Source: Candidatus Thalassarchaeaceae archaeon (GTDB lineage: Archaea > Thermoplasmatota > Poseidoniia > Poseidoniales > Thalassarchaeaceae). Taken from it: 32,000 nucleotides of DNA. Of this stretch, positions 1 through 8,031 are shown in pieces. The notes under the pieces are model-generated. The model saw nothing but the letters and a program-made list of their open reading frames with translations. It ran no database searches and was not told the origin of the DNA. Positions within the stretch are counted from its first letter, which is position 1. The number at the start of each line of letters is the position of its first letter. Where the stretch lies: assembly GCA_045568075.1 (NCBI GenBank), contig JBJLBP010000001.1:540001-572000 (forward strand), in the 5' to 3' direction. The position numbers were made by a program, and so were the translations under genes.

Positions 1-107
1 GCATTCCGAACGCTCGGAATAATCACGCATACACTTGGCTCGGCCACACTCCGCCGTAGCCGACTCCCATTTCAACGGCTCTCACCAAATGTCACAGAGA
101 ATTGGTA

Positions 108-857
108 TCAAGGGTCGTTACTGACACGGGGCGCGAGGAAGTAAGTCCAAGCCGCGCCGCCATCGTTTGAGTTCCACGAAAGTCTCAGGGGATACCTGTC
201 TTGGAACTCGACCGTTACTTCCTCGGTCAGTCCACTCGCCAACTTGCGGCTAAGGGGGTCAAGGAATTGCAATGAATAGGTTGAATGTGTCGGTTTCGGT
301 GCAACCAATTCCGACATTTCTCCAGCGTCGAAGCGGACATTGACTCCTTCTCCAGCCTCCACGGTCACCGAGACAGTCATCTGATTCTTGTCGAGGCTAA
401 GATCGACCAGTTCTCCGACGAATTTCGCCGCTCGTAGTGCTCGTGACAACCTCTCAGAACTCAGAGTTGCCTTGCAATCGAAGTCGAGGTCAGGTTGGCG
501 CGGCTCATTGATCGAACCTGTGTCAAGCCCACGCAAAATGCGGTGAACTTCGCCGACTCGTACATTGATTGCGCCAGTCGCGCCATCGTAATCCAACTCG
601 ACCAAATCATTAGGACCGGCGAGGGTCAAAAGATCACGAAGCTTTCCGAGTTCGAGCCCGATTTCGACCGGCTCGACTTCGTAAGTCTCGAAGCAGGCAT
701 CTGCTACCGTCACCGATAGCAGTGCCACGTGGGAGCCGTCGACGACGGTCGTACTCAAGCCATTCTCACCCCAACTGAGTTTTGCTTCCTCGGTCAGCAC
801 CGAGAGCAGATCGACGATCTCTCGCATGAGTTGCTGTTTGGCAGTTACTCGAAGCAT
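108..857 (-). CDS. pcn: DNA polymerase sliding clamp (PCNA)
   Basis: ORF 108..899(-). From the internal ATG at 857 the product is 249 aa (MLRVTAKQQLMREIVDLLSVL...), typical archaeal PCNA length and N-terminus. AGGTG SD-like site lies about 6 nt upstream of 857. ATG 899 is an alternative, possibly leaderless, start with a TATA-like box about 27 nt upstream. Confidence 0.85.
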   Translation of the reverse strand: MLRVTAKQQLMREIVDLLSVLTEEAKLSWGENGLSTTVVDGSHVALLSVTVADACFETYEVEPVEIGLELGKLRDLLTLAGPNDLVELDYDGATGAINVRVGEVHRILRGLDTGSINEPRQPDLDFDCKATLSSERLSRALRAAKFVGELVDLSLDKNQMTVSVTVEAGEGVNVRFDAGEMSELVAPKPTHSTYSLQFLDPLSRKLASGLTEEVTVEFQDRYPLRLSWNSNDGGAAWTYFLAPRVSNDP

Positions 858-920
858 CGCAACACCTACTTTCCTTCCCTCCAACGGGGGGTTCTTCATG
901 CTTCTGTAATGAGTCTCCAG

Positions 921-930
921 ACTATATCAA
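921..930 (-). promoter_or_regulatory. TATA-like box (TTGATATAGT on minus strand) upstream of pcn
   Basis: AT-rich element centred about 27 nt upstream of ATG 899, in the 66-nt gap between tfs and pcn. Confidence 0.3.
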
Positions 931-965
931 TCCACTACGACCCACTTCGTGGGTCCATCAATGAT

Positions 966-1346
966 TCATTGATATTCGCGGAACTTGTGCCCACATCCTT
1001 CACATGTGCAAATCTTAGTCTCTGGCTCATCGCTCGACCGAGTCTGCATCAGTACGATGAAAATTCGATCCTCATCGCATTTCGGGCAGAGATAATCGCC
1101 GACCCAAAGGGTACCTTTGGCGACTTCTTCCTCAACAACCTCAGTCAAGTGTTTGAGCGAGGCTACCGAGGATTTTGCGGTGGTTTTGGAGAGGTCGATG
1201 GTCTCACCAGTCATTGGGTCGGTGAACTCTGCACCCTTCCCATCTGAGCCTGAAAGTGGGCCTTCGTAACCGCATTTGTAGTCGGTGCATCTGATATTGC
1301 CATCAGGTTGCATGAATCCAAGTGTACCACATTCTGGACAGAACAT
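966..1346 (-). CDS. tfs: Transcription factor S (TFS, TFIIS/RpoM-like cleavage factor)
   Basis: N-terminal zinc ribbon (FCPECG...CTDYKC). C-terminal TFIIS-type ribbon CPKC...QTRSSDEPET...CEGCGHKF keeps the acidic DE hairpin. GGAGGT SD lies 6 nt upstream of ATG 1346. Confidence 0.85.
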   Translation of the reverse strand: MFCPECGTLGFMQPDGNIRCTDYKCGYEGPLSGSDGKGAEFTDPMTGETIDLSKTTAKSSVASLKHLTEVVEEEVAKGTLWVGDYLCPKCDEDRIFIVLMQTRSSDEPETKICTCEGCGHKFREYQ

Positions 1347-1435
1347 ATGCTAACCTCCTAATGCTGTGTAGTACAGACCTTTCATCGCTGGACGAAGCGG
1401 TACTTCAAGGTTCTCAATTGCAGAATCTGCTTGAT

Positions 1436-1810
1436 TCAGCCAATTGTGGCCGTTGCGAGGCGCCAACCCACCCACGCTAATGCTACGCTTCCAAGGATTG
1501 TTGTCACGACCATGGTCGCAGTTGTTGATGGGCTTGATTCAGCTAGACGGATCGTGTCCACGGCGAAGGCTGACATCGTGGTGAAAGCCCCGAGCACGCC
1601 CGTTCCGAAGAGCAAGATCATTTCATCGCTCACTGCGGCTCCAGCTGCCGCGGCTCCGAGTAGAAGTCCTAGGAGGAGTGAACCCGCGAGATTCGCAGTC
1701 ATAGTCCCCCATGGCATGGTGTCTGCTGGTAACCACTGCTGGAGCGCGTAACGGGCGACTGCTCCGATGGCTCCGCCGGCTGCGACGATGGCTGCGAGCC
1801 TGAGGTCCAT
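1436..1810 (-). CDS. crcB: Fluoride ion channel CrcB/FEX family
   Basis: 125 aa from ATG 1810 (MDLRLAAIVAAGGAIGAVARY...GTMTANLAGSLLLG...GAFTTMSAF), about 4 TM segments, CrcB-like motifs. The 51-aa proline-rich N-terminal extension in the ORF track (to 1963) overlaps the nop5 start region and is probably not translated. Confidence 0.8.
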   Translation of the reverse strand: MDLRLAAIVAAGGAIGAVARYALQQWLPADTMPWGTMTANLAGSLLLGLLLGAAAAGAAVSDEMILLFGTGVLGAFTTMSAFAVDTIRLAESSPSTTATMVVTTILGSVALAWVGWRLATATIG

Positions 1811-1903
1811 ACTCGTGGGCGGGCTTGGTGGTTCTTGACCGCTTCCGAGAGGTGGGGGGTTAGTAGCGCGAGATTCAAGCGGAATGGGCTTCCCGGGATA
1901 ATT

Positions 1904-2908
1904 GTGAAACTGCATTACGACTGGCGTTTGGCTCGCGTCATCGATGGCGACGGTGTCGTCCACGATGAGGTGATATGGACGGGCAAGCGCTCGGCTGGAG
2001 CTATTGCTGACCGCTTGTGGGATTTACAACGCGGGCGTCTGAGCCCAGAGGCGAGGACATTAGCCGAGCGCTTCCCGGATGCGCTGGCCGATGGTCTGGG
2101 AGCGATGTCTGATGCAGACTGGCCTGCGCTTGATGATGAAGAATCAAAATTTTTCGAGGCGGCTGCACCTATTCTTGCCAAGCGAGGTGTCGCTGACGCG
2201 GCTGGTGATACCGACCGCCGCCTCGACATGCTCGTATCTGCCGCAGCAGAGTTGCGGGCAGCCTGGACTACGAGTGAGGCGCGCTGCGTCGAATGGACAG
2301 GATTATTCCTGTCTGAAGTCGATCTTGATGCGCAGCGCGACGATATTCCTGCAGCGGTAGCCGGAGCCGATTCAATCGAGTCTGCCGCTACCGCGCTTTC
2401 TGTGAATCCACCAGCCCACTCTCCCAGTGAGATCGAGTGGCAGGCGATTCGTGACCACGCTCGTGGCGTGGTGGAATTGACCGGTCGGTTAGCCGCTCAC
2501 GAGGACGCAATACGCGCTCTCGCGAATCAACACGTGCCGAGTCTTGCCGCACTAATCGGCCCGCTCGGAGCCGCTCGGTTGGTTACCCTCGCGGGCGGCC
2601 GCGAGCGCCTTGCCCGCATGCCATCTGGTTCTCTCCAAGTTCTCGGTGCGCATGCCGCAATGGCAGCGCACCGCCGTGGCGCAGCACCGCCCAAGCACGG
2701 ATCCATCTTATTCAGTATGCCACAGATTTCTCGCTCCCCGCGATGGGTGCGTGGTAAAATCGCTCGATTCCTCGCAGGCAAAGCCTCCATCGCGGTCCGC
2801 TGTGATCATTTCGGTGGAGAAAAATGGGACGAGGAGAAGGTTTCTGAAATCCACAAGGAAACTGAAGCAATCAAAGCCAGATTTCCAAGACCTCCCAAGC
2901 GCCGGTGA
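1904..2908 (+). CDS. nop5: Box C/D snoRNP core protein Nop5 (Nop56/58 homolog)
   Basis: NOP-domain signature LIGPLGAARLVTLAGGRERLARMPSGSLQVLGAHAAMAAHRRGAAPPKHGSILFSMPQI...RGKIARFLAGKASIAVRCDHF. Stop overlaps the fibrillarin start region. The start is uncertain because no ATG exists upstream of the conserved N-terminal domain; GTG 1904 or TTG 1835 are candidates. Confidence 0.8.
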   Translation: MKLHYDWRLARVIDGDGVVHDEVIWTGKRSAGAIADRLWDLQRGRLSPEARTLAERFPDALADGLGAMSDADWPALDDEESKFFEAAAPILAKRGVADAAGDTDRRLDMLVSAAAELRAAWTTSEARCVEWTGLFLSEVDLDAQRDDIPAAVAGADSIESAATALSVNPPAHSPSEIEWQAIRDHARGVVELTGRLAAHEDAIRALANQHVPSLAALIGPLGAARLVTLAGGRERLARMPSGSLQVLGAHAAMAAHRRGAAPPKHGSILFSMPQISRSPRWVRGKIARFLAGKASIAVRCDHFGGEKWDEEKVSEIHKETEAIKARFPRPPKRR

Positions 2909-2913
2909 ATGAG

Positions 2914-3618
2914 ATGCCTAAACCACTCAAACTCGCATGGGGAATCCGAAAAGAGGGCCGAAGCCTGTGGACTCGCAACGCTGTCAAAGGCGTCTCCGTT
3001 CGTGCTGAGAGACGCAAGAAGGATGGACGAAATGAGTGGCGCCGCTGGGATCCAAGTCGTTCGAAAGTTGCCGCGAGTTTACTCAAAACTCGTGGTTCAG
3101 CCTCGGCTCTATTACCCGAATCTGGTTCAACTTGCCTCTATCTTGGAGCTTCTTCTGGAGGCACAGTCAGCCATATCCATGACAATGTCTGTGGTGCTGG
3201 AAATCATCATGGAGGACAGGTTGTCGCAGTCGATATCTCTCCGAGAATGATGCGTGATTTGGTAAAACTCGCCGAGCGCCGGCCAGGACTTGTTCCGGTT
3301 CTAGGCGACGCTCGAAATCCATTGGTAATCGCTCCATATTTGCGAGGAAAAGCCGAGTGGCTACATCAGGATTTGAGTATTGGCGACCAAGCCGAGACCT
3401 TCGTCCGCATGACCTCCGCCTTCCTCGCCGATGACGGCACCGCTCTTCTCTCCTTGAAAGCCGCCAGTGAGCGGTGGATGGAAGGTGGCGATGACGCCAG
3501 ATATCAGCATACAAAAGGCCTCATCGAAAACTGCGAACACCTCGATTTAATCGAGGTCATCGATATCTCGGTATTCGAGGAACAACACGCGGTTTTCCAC
3601 TGCGTCAGAATTCCATAG
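2914..3618 (+). CDS. flpA: Fibrillarin-like rRNA/tRNA 2'-O-methyltransferase
   Basis: EWRRWDPSRSKVAASLL, CLYLGASSGGTVSHIHD (SAM-binding motif), AVDISPR and GDARNP motifs. GGTGA SD lies 5 nt upstream of ATG 2914. GTG 2905 is an alternative start that overlaps the nop5 stop. Confidence 0.9.
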   Translation: MPKPLKLAWGIRKEGRSLWTRNAVKGVSVRAERRKKDGRNEWRRWDPSRSKVAASLLKTRGSASALLPESGSTCLYLGASSGGTVSHIHDNVCGAGNHHGGQVVAVDISPRMMRDLVKLAERRPGLVPVLGDARNPLVIAPYLRGKAEWLHQDLSIGDQAETFVRMTSAFLADDGTALLSLKAASERWMEGGDDARYQHTKGLIENCEHLDLIEVIDISVFEEQHAVFHCVRIP

Positions 3619-3964
3619 CGATTCCAACAACCAATTGAAGCAAAATAAATACCAGAGACAAAGCTGACACTACTACGGTAACGAGTGCTAAGGTTTTGTC
3701 AGGGTGGCTTTGATAATTTGAGGTTTCACTCATTTTTACTGCACCCATGATTAGAGGAATTATCGCTAGTGGCTGGCAACAAATCAAAGAGATACTTGCA
3801 AAGACTAGTGCAATTATAATCATCGCTGAAGTGCTTTGGGGGACTGACATTGCCTGGCCTTGGCTGACGAAAATCTGCTGGGGGGCGGACGCTGGCGCAT
3901 TCGGAACTCCTTGCAGGTCTCCTCCCTCGCCCTGCCACCAAGGCTCATCAGAATCTTCAGTCAT
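3605..3964 (-). CDS. Small 2-TM membrane protein, divergent paralog 1 of a tandem trio (DUF4190-like architecture)
   Basis: Same layout as the two upstream genes: polar Q/P-rich N-terminus, TM helix ending in a CC motif, short polar loop (SHPDK), second TM helix. Its 3' end overlaps the fibrillarin 3' end convergently by 14 nt. Confidence 0.6.
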   Translation of the reverse strand: MTEDSDEPWWQGEGGDLQGVPNAPASAPQQIFVSQGQAMSVPQSTSAMIIIALVFASISLICCQPLAIIPLIMGAVKMSETSNYQSHPDKTLALVTVVVSALSLVFILLQLVVGIAMEF

Positions 3965-3982
3965 TCAGGTATGCTCCAAGGA

Positions 3983-4357
3983 TTAGGCAGACGCAGCAAC
4001 GGCGACGATGATTATGAACAGGTATAATCCGACGAATGCGATAGTCAGTCCGATAGAAATCCATCCAATAATCTTAGCAGCATTTGCCAATCCTTGATCT
4101 GGATGTCCGGGATTCTGCTTCGTTATTTCCAACGCTGAATTCGCCATGATTACTCCGGGGATCGCGGTGCAACAGGAGAATCCCATGAGGCCAACAATCG
4201 ACAGAACAAGAGCGATAGTCGCCTGTGTTTGAGGATACTGACCGACGTTCATCGGGTTGCTCATTCCTTGAACATAGAGAACTTCGGTTTGACTCTCTGG
4301 CTGTGCTTCACCAGAAGAGATTACATTCGTTGCCGGAGGAGCGTCTTCTTCAGCCAT
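3983..4357 (-). CDS. Small 2-TM membrane protein, paralog 2 (DUF4190-like)
   Basis: About two-thirds identical by eye to the 4419..4790 product (NVIS.GEAQP...YVQGM.NPMN.GQYPQTQA...PGVIMAN.AL..TKQ.PGHPDQGLA.AA.I.GWI.IGL). Confidence 0.7.
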   Translation of the reverse strand: MAEEDAPPATNVISSGEAQPESQTEVLYVQGMSNPMNVGQYPQTQATIALVLSIVGLMGFSCCTAIPGVIMANSALEITKQNPGHPDQGLANAAKIIGWISIGLTIAFVGLYLFIIIVAVAASA

Positions 4358-4418
4358 GACTATTCGTGGGATAGTCTTGGTTTAAGAGAATCTCCGTCGT
4401 TCCGGAACGCTCCGTCGC

Positions 4419-4790
4419 TCAGGCTTCTGCCGCGATGACTACGACGAACATCAACAAGTAGAACCCGATGATTACAATCCAGAGTCCGATAGTTATCCAT
4501 CCAACAATCTGAGCTGCCTTTGCCAATCCTTGATCTGGATGGCCGGGATACTGCTTGGTGGTTCCCAGTGCAGTATTTGCCATGATAACTCCGGGAACTG
4601 CGGTACAAAGGCCGCACATCATGAGGCCAACAACCGATAGAACAAGAGCGACAACCGCCTGTGTTTGAGGGTACTGACCGGCGTTCATCGGGTTGTTCAT
4701 TCCTTGAACATAAACAACATCGCCTTGACTCGCTGGCTGTGCTTCACCAGAGATTACATTCGTTTCAGGGGGCACACTCGCTTCGACCAT
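4419..4790 (-). CDS. Small 2-TM membrane protein, paralog 3 (DUF4190-like)
   Basis: Paralog of 3983..4357. TATA-like box lies 23-34 nt upstream of its ATG. Confidence 0.7.
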   Translation of the reverse strand: MVEASVPPETNVISGEAQPASQGDVVYVQGMNNPMNAGQYPQTQAVVALVLSVVGLMMCGLCTAVPGVIMANTALGTTKQYPGHPDQGLAKAAQIVGWITIGLWIVIIGFYLLMFVVVIAAEA

Positions 4791-4812
4791 GTTTTCTCGG
4801 TAGCAAAATTTG

Positions 4813-4824
4813 GTATAAATAAAT
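4813..4824 (-). promoter_or_regulatory. TATA-like box (ATTTATTTATAC on minus strand)
   Basis: Centred about 28 nt upstream of ATG 4790, consistent with a leaderless archaeal mRNA. Lies in the divergent gap shared with fpg. Confidence 0.35.
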
Positions 4825-4885
4825 CCCCCAAGCCGTCTAATTCTTCCAACGGCAATATGATGAGTCCTCTTACTTTGCCAGTCTT

Positions 4886-5734
4886 ATGCCCGAGATGCCA
4901 GAGGTAGAAACGGTCCGCCGTGGCCTAATTCCTCATTGGGTGGGTCGGCGGATTAGCTTCGTTGATTTGCGCCGTCCTGACTTGCGTTTCCCATTTCCCG
5001 ATGGCTTCGACGTGGGTTTGACTGGAGCTACGGTTGTGGGCATCGGGCGAGCCTCGAAGTATCTATTGATTCGGCTCGACAATGGTTTGACTTGGTTGAG
5101 TCATTTGGGAATGACTGGGGTTTGGACTATCGACGCAGATGGAGAAGGCAAGCATGACCACGTGTATGTTGAATTCGACGATGGTGCGCTGACTGCTACT
5201 TACACTGACCATCGTCGCTTCGGAATCATGGACCTCTTTGAGACGGCTGATGAGACCGACCACAAGTTACTGGCGGGGCTCGGTCCGGAACCACTGACAG
5301 AGGAATTCACGCCTGAGGCTCTCAAGGCGAGTTTACACGGCCGACGCAGCCCGATTAAGACCGTACTTCTCGATCAGCGTGTGGTTGCCGGATTAGGCAA
5401 TATCTACGTCAGCGAAATCCTCCATCGCGCTGGTATTTCTCCACTCAAAACTGCGGCACAAGTGGCCGGGAAGAGTGGGCGTATCGTTGTCGCAGTTGAG
5501 CGTATGTGGGAGCAAACGAACGAGGTAATTTTCGAAGCGATTGAAGCAGGTGGTTCTACGATTTCGGATTTCCGTGGGGTTGATGGTTCGGGTGATTTAG
5601 GTTACTTCCCTCACCAATTCACAGTCTTCAATCGTGAGGGTGAGGGATGCAAGCGTGAGGGCTGTGGCGGTACAGTTCGCCGCATCGTTCAGTCAGGCCG
5701 TTCGACCTTCTATTGCTCTCGCTGCCAGAATTGA
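4886..5734 (+). CDS. mutM: Formamidopyrimidine-DNA glycosylase (Fpg/MutM, Fpg/Nei family)
   Basis: N-terminal MPEMPEVETVRRGL (compare canonical PELPEVE with catalytic Pro2). H2TH region LLDQRVVAGLGNIYVSEILHRAGISP. C-terminal zinc finger CKREGCGGTVRRIVQSGRSTFYCSRCQ. Confidence 0.9.
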   Translation: MPEMPEVETVRRGLIPHWVGRRISFVDLRRPDLRFPFPDGFDVGLTGATVVGIGRASKYLLIRLDNGLTWLSHLGMTGVWTIDADGEGKHDHVYVEFDDGALTATYTDHRRFGIMDLFETADETDHKLLAGLGPEPLTEEFTPEALKASLHGRRSPIKTVLLDQRVVAGLGNIYVSEILHRAGISPLKTAAQVAGKSGRIVVAVERMWEQTNEVIFEAIEAGGSTISDFRGVDGSGDLGYFPHQFTVFNREGEGCKREGCGGTVRRIVQSGRSTFYCSRCQN

Positions 5735-5751
5735 ATCCGCGTCGTTTTTGC

Positions 5752-6528
5752 TTAGGACATCAACCAACTGACTACTGGGAGTTGCATCCTAACAGGGGTC
5801 ATTCTGACGAGCATCGGTAATCCCTTATTCATCCAACCCGGGATGACTTCACGGCGTCCCTTACGCATTGCTTTCACCGCTGCTTTTGCCACCTTGTCTG
5901 CTGGTACAGCACCGGTCAACTCCATGCTTCCAAGTTCCATGCCGGCGACCTTCTGGAATCCGGTAACAACGAACCCTGGGCAAAGCGCGGTGACTGTGAC
6001 TCCTGTTCTCTTCAATTCAGAGTGCAACGCGCGCGTGTACGAGAGCACGTAGGCCTTGGTTGCACAATATACTGCCATATTCGGGCCTGGCTGGTATCCT
6101 GCGATTGAGGCGACGTTGAGAATTCGGCCCGAGTCGCGCGCCTTCATCACAGCGGAGTAGTGGCGCGCGAGGTGAGTGAGTGCTCTGACATTGAGGTCGA
6201 TCATGTTGAGTTGGCCGGCTTGGTCGAGAGATACGTGCTTACCCACGAATCCAAAGCCGGCATTATTGACGAGAATGTCGATTTCACCGGACTCCTTGAT
6301 GACATTCTCAACGCCGACCTGATCAGTCAGGTCGGCAACGACCACCTTTACGTCGATTCCAAAGGCCTCTGTCAATTCATTTGCAAGGGCCTCAAGTTCG
6401 ACTCTTCTTCGTGCAGTAATTACTAGATTGCACCCTTGTGAAGCCAGCACTCGTGCAATCTCTCGACCTATACCACTCGAAGCGCCGGTGACCAATGCCT
6501 TCTCCTTCCCAGACGATAACATGGTCAT
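5752..6528 (-). CDS. Short-chain dehydrogenase/reductase (classical SDR)
   Basis: TGASSGIG cofactor motif, NNAG, catalytic S...YCATK (YxxxK). Confidence 0.85.
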   Translation of the reverse strand: MTMLSSGKEKALVTGASSGIGREIARVLASQGCNLVITARRRVELEALANELTEAFGIDVKVVVADLTDQVGVENVIKESGEIDILVNNAGFGFVGKHVSLDQAGQLNMIDLNVRALTHLARHYSAVMKARDSGRILNVASIAGYQPGPNMAVYCATKAYVLSYTRALHSELKRTGVTVTALCPGFVVTGFQKVAGMELGSMELTGAVPADKVAKAAVKAMRKGRREVIPGWMNKGLPMLVRMTPVRMQLPVVSWLMS

Positions 6529-6743
6529 CCCAAAGTGGTCATAGTAATCAACTGATTCTCAATTGAATGATCTTGAATCACTGATGATTTTTCACAACAA
6601 AACGAACTGTTGATATACCCTCAGTGCTACTGTATATTTTACCTCTGAGCGGTACCGGCAAGATGGGAAATTGACCTCAGCCCTAAAGGCTGAACGATTG
6701 CCCAATATGAGCCTAAACCGCTTGTTGGATTGACTAATTTGAG

Positions 6744-7355
6744 ATGAGAAATATGGGCACAAATACAATTGGCAGACAAAGCTGGACACTGACAGCGGTG
6801 CGCGACTTCAAGTCGGCACTGGACGAAGACATAGAGTGGGAGGAATTCTCCTACGGAAGAACATCAGATGAACTTGAAGAAGAAGACCGGAGAACTGCAT
6901 TTCTCCCATCCGGTATAGTATACCTACTTGTACGAGCGAATTTGGCATCCGAGGCATTAGAGTCGGGATTTGTTACGGAAATGTGCTCCTATCCTAAAAA
7001 TGGAGAAGAATGGGTTTGTTTCGAAAGGATAGTTCTCAGTTCGATACACCCTCCCTTTGGTCCTACTATTGCTCGCTATGCAGTTGAGGATGGAGAGGAT
7101 TCTGTTGAGATGATTCAACTAAGGTGTGGTGAGTCACTTCCGAAGAAACTTTGGCTTCGTGTGGTGGAATTGGATCCGAGTACAATGGCATGGTTGATTG
7201 ATTCCGACCTATCGCTTGGAAAGCACAAGGGCCAATCAACTCTGGATGATTGGTGCGAGATTGGAGAGGTTACAAGGAATGCACGAAACAAACCATGGAA
7301 GCGCAAGCAACTAGCTCTACCTGGACCTCCTAGTAAATCGTATAAATTCCGCTGA
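6744..7355 (+). CDS. Hypothetical acidic cytosolic protein (no recognisable family)
   Basis: 203-aa ORF after a 215-nt AT-rich gap. Ends 2 nt before the aquaporin ORF. No motif recognised. Confidence 0.5.
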   Translation: MRNMGTNTIGRQSWTLTAVRDFKSALDEDIEWEEFSYGRTSDELEEEDRRTAFLPSGIVYLLVRANLASEALESGFVTEMCSYPKNGEEWVCFERIVLSSIHPPFGPTIARYAVEDGEDSVEMIQLRCGESLPKKLWLRVVELDPSTMAWLIDSDLSLGKHKGQSTLDDWCEIGEVTRNARNKPWKRKQLALPGPPSKSYKFR

Positions 7356-7357
7356 GA

Positions 7358-8026
7358 ATGTTGATGGACGTTCGATTCTCGCCACAAGCCATGTCTGAGC
7401 ACACGCTCCAACACAAACTGATTGCCGAATTCATCGGGACATTCTTCCTAGCCCTGACGATTTGTACCGCCGCTGTGCATGGTTCAGCGGGAGAATATGC
7501 ACCATTTGCCATCGCCTCTACCCTCATGGTGATGATTTACGGACTTGGGCACGTCTCTGGGGCACACTTCAACCCGGCTGTAACTGTTGGAATTTGGCTG
7601 CGCGGTGCGTGTGAGAAGGATGAGGTCGCACCGTACATCGCGGTGCAGGTGATCGCCGGAGCCGCGGCTGCTCTTGCATCTGCTAACCTACTGATTGCTG
7701 ATCCGAGTGTCACTGCGCTTGAACTCGATATGACTCAAACGATTGGTGCAGAATTCCTCTACACCTTCGCGCTCGTCTTCGTGATTCTGAACGTTGCGAC
7801 GAGCGAGGCAACCGCTGGCAACGGATACTACGGTGCTGCGATTGCCTTCGTCGTACTCGCAGGTGCCTTGACCGTTGGCGGCATCTCAGGTGGTTCGTTC
7901 AATCCAGCTGTTACTGGCGCTCTATTCACCTCAGGTGTGATTGAGGCTGCCGATCTTTGGATGCATCTTGTGCCGCAATTCGCGGCTGGAATGTTGGCGG
8001 TTCAGGCATTCAAAGCTACTCAGTGA
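7358..8026 (+). CDS. MIP-family channel (aquaporin/aquaglyceroporin)
   Basis: Two NPA boxes (SGAHFNPAVT and SGGSFNPAVT) and about 6 TM segments. ATG 7391 (MSEHTLQHKLIAEFIGTF) is an alternative start. Confidence 0.85.
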   Translation: MLMDVRFSPQAMSEHTLQHKLIAEFIGTFFLALTICTAAVHGSAGEYAPFAIASTLMVMIYGLGHVSGAHFNPAVTVGIWLRGACEKDEVAPYIAVQVIAGAAAALASANLLIADPSVTALELDMTQTIGAEFLYTFALVFVILNVATSEATAGNGYYGAAIAFVVLAGALTVGGISGGSFNPAVTGALFTSGVIEAADLWMHLVPQFAAGMLAVQAFKATQ

Positions 8027-8031
8027 ATAGT

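Noticed and set aside
4-17. Shared motif ttccgaacgctcgg (4-17, within hairpin ATTCCGA-acgc-TCGGAAT) versus ttccggaacgctccg (4400-4414, within palindrome CGTTCCGGAACG). Both lie downstream of minus-strand genes.
   Set aside because: A 13-14-mer match with one indel is expected by chance at least once in 2 x 32 kb. The distances to the respective stop codons also differ (about 90 nt versus about 5 nt).
1811-1903. Fluoride riboswitch (crcB motif) upstream of crcB.
   Set aside because: The 93-nt crcB/nop5 divergent gap, read on the minus strand, shows none of the conserved crcB-motif blocks or the pseudoknot pairing that I can recognise.
4857-4863. Perfect box C consensus ATGATGA just upstream of fpg.
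   Set aside because: No D' or D box lies at an appropriate distance. The next CTGA is more than 110 nt away, inside the fpg coding sequence.
6581-6648. Possible box C/D sRNA in the AT-rich gap: cTGATGA at 6581-6587 and CTGA at 6645-6648.
   Set aside because: No credible internal D'/C' boxes at the 12-nt guide spacing, and no terminal stem between the flanks. At 67 nt, the spacer from the only C'-like element to box D (28 nt) is too long.
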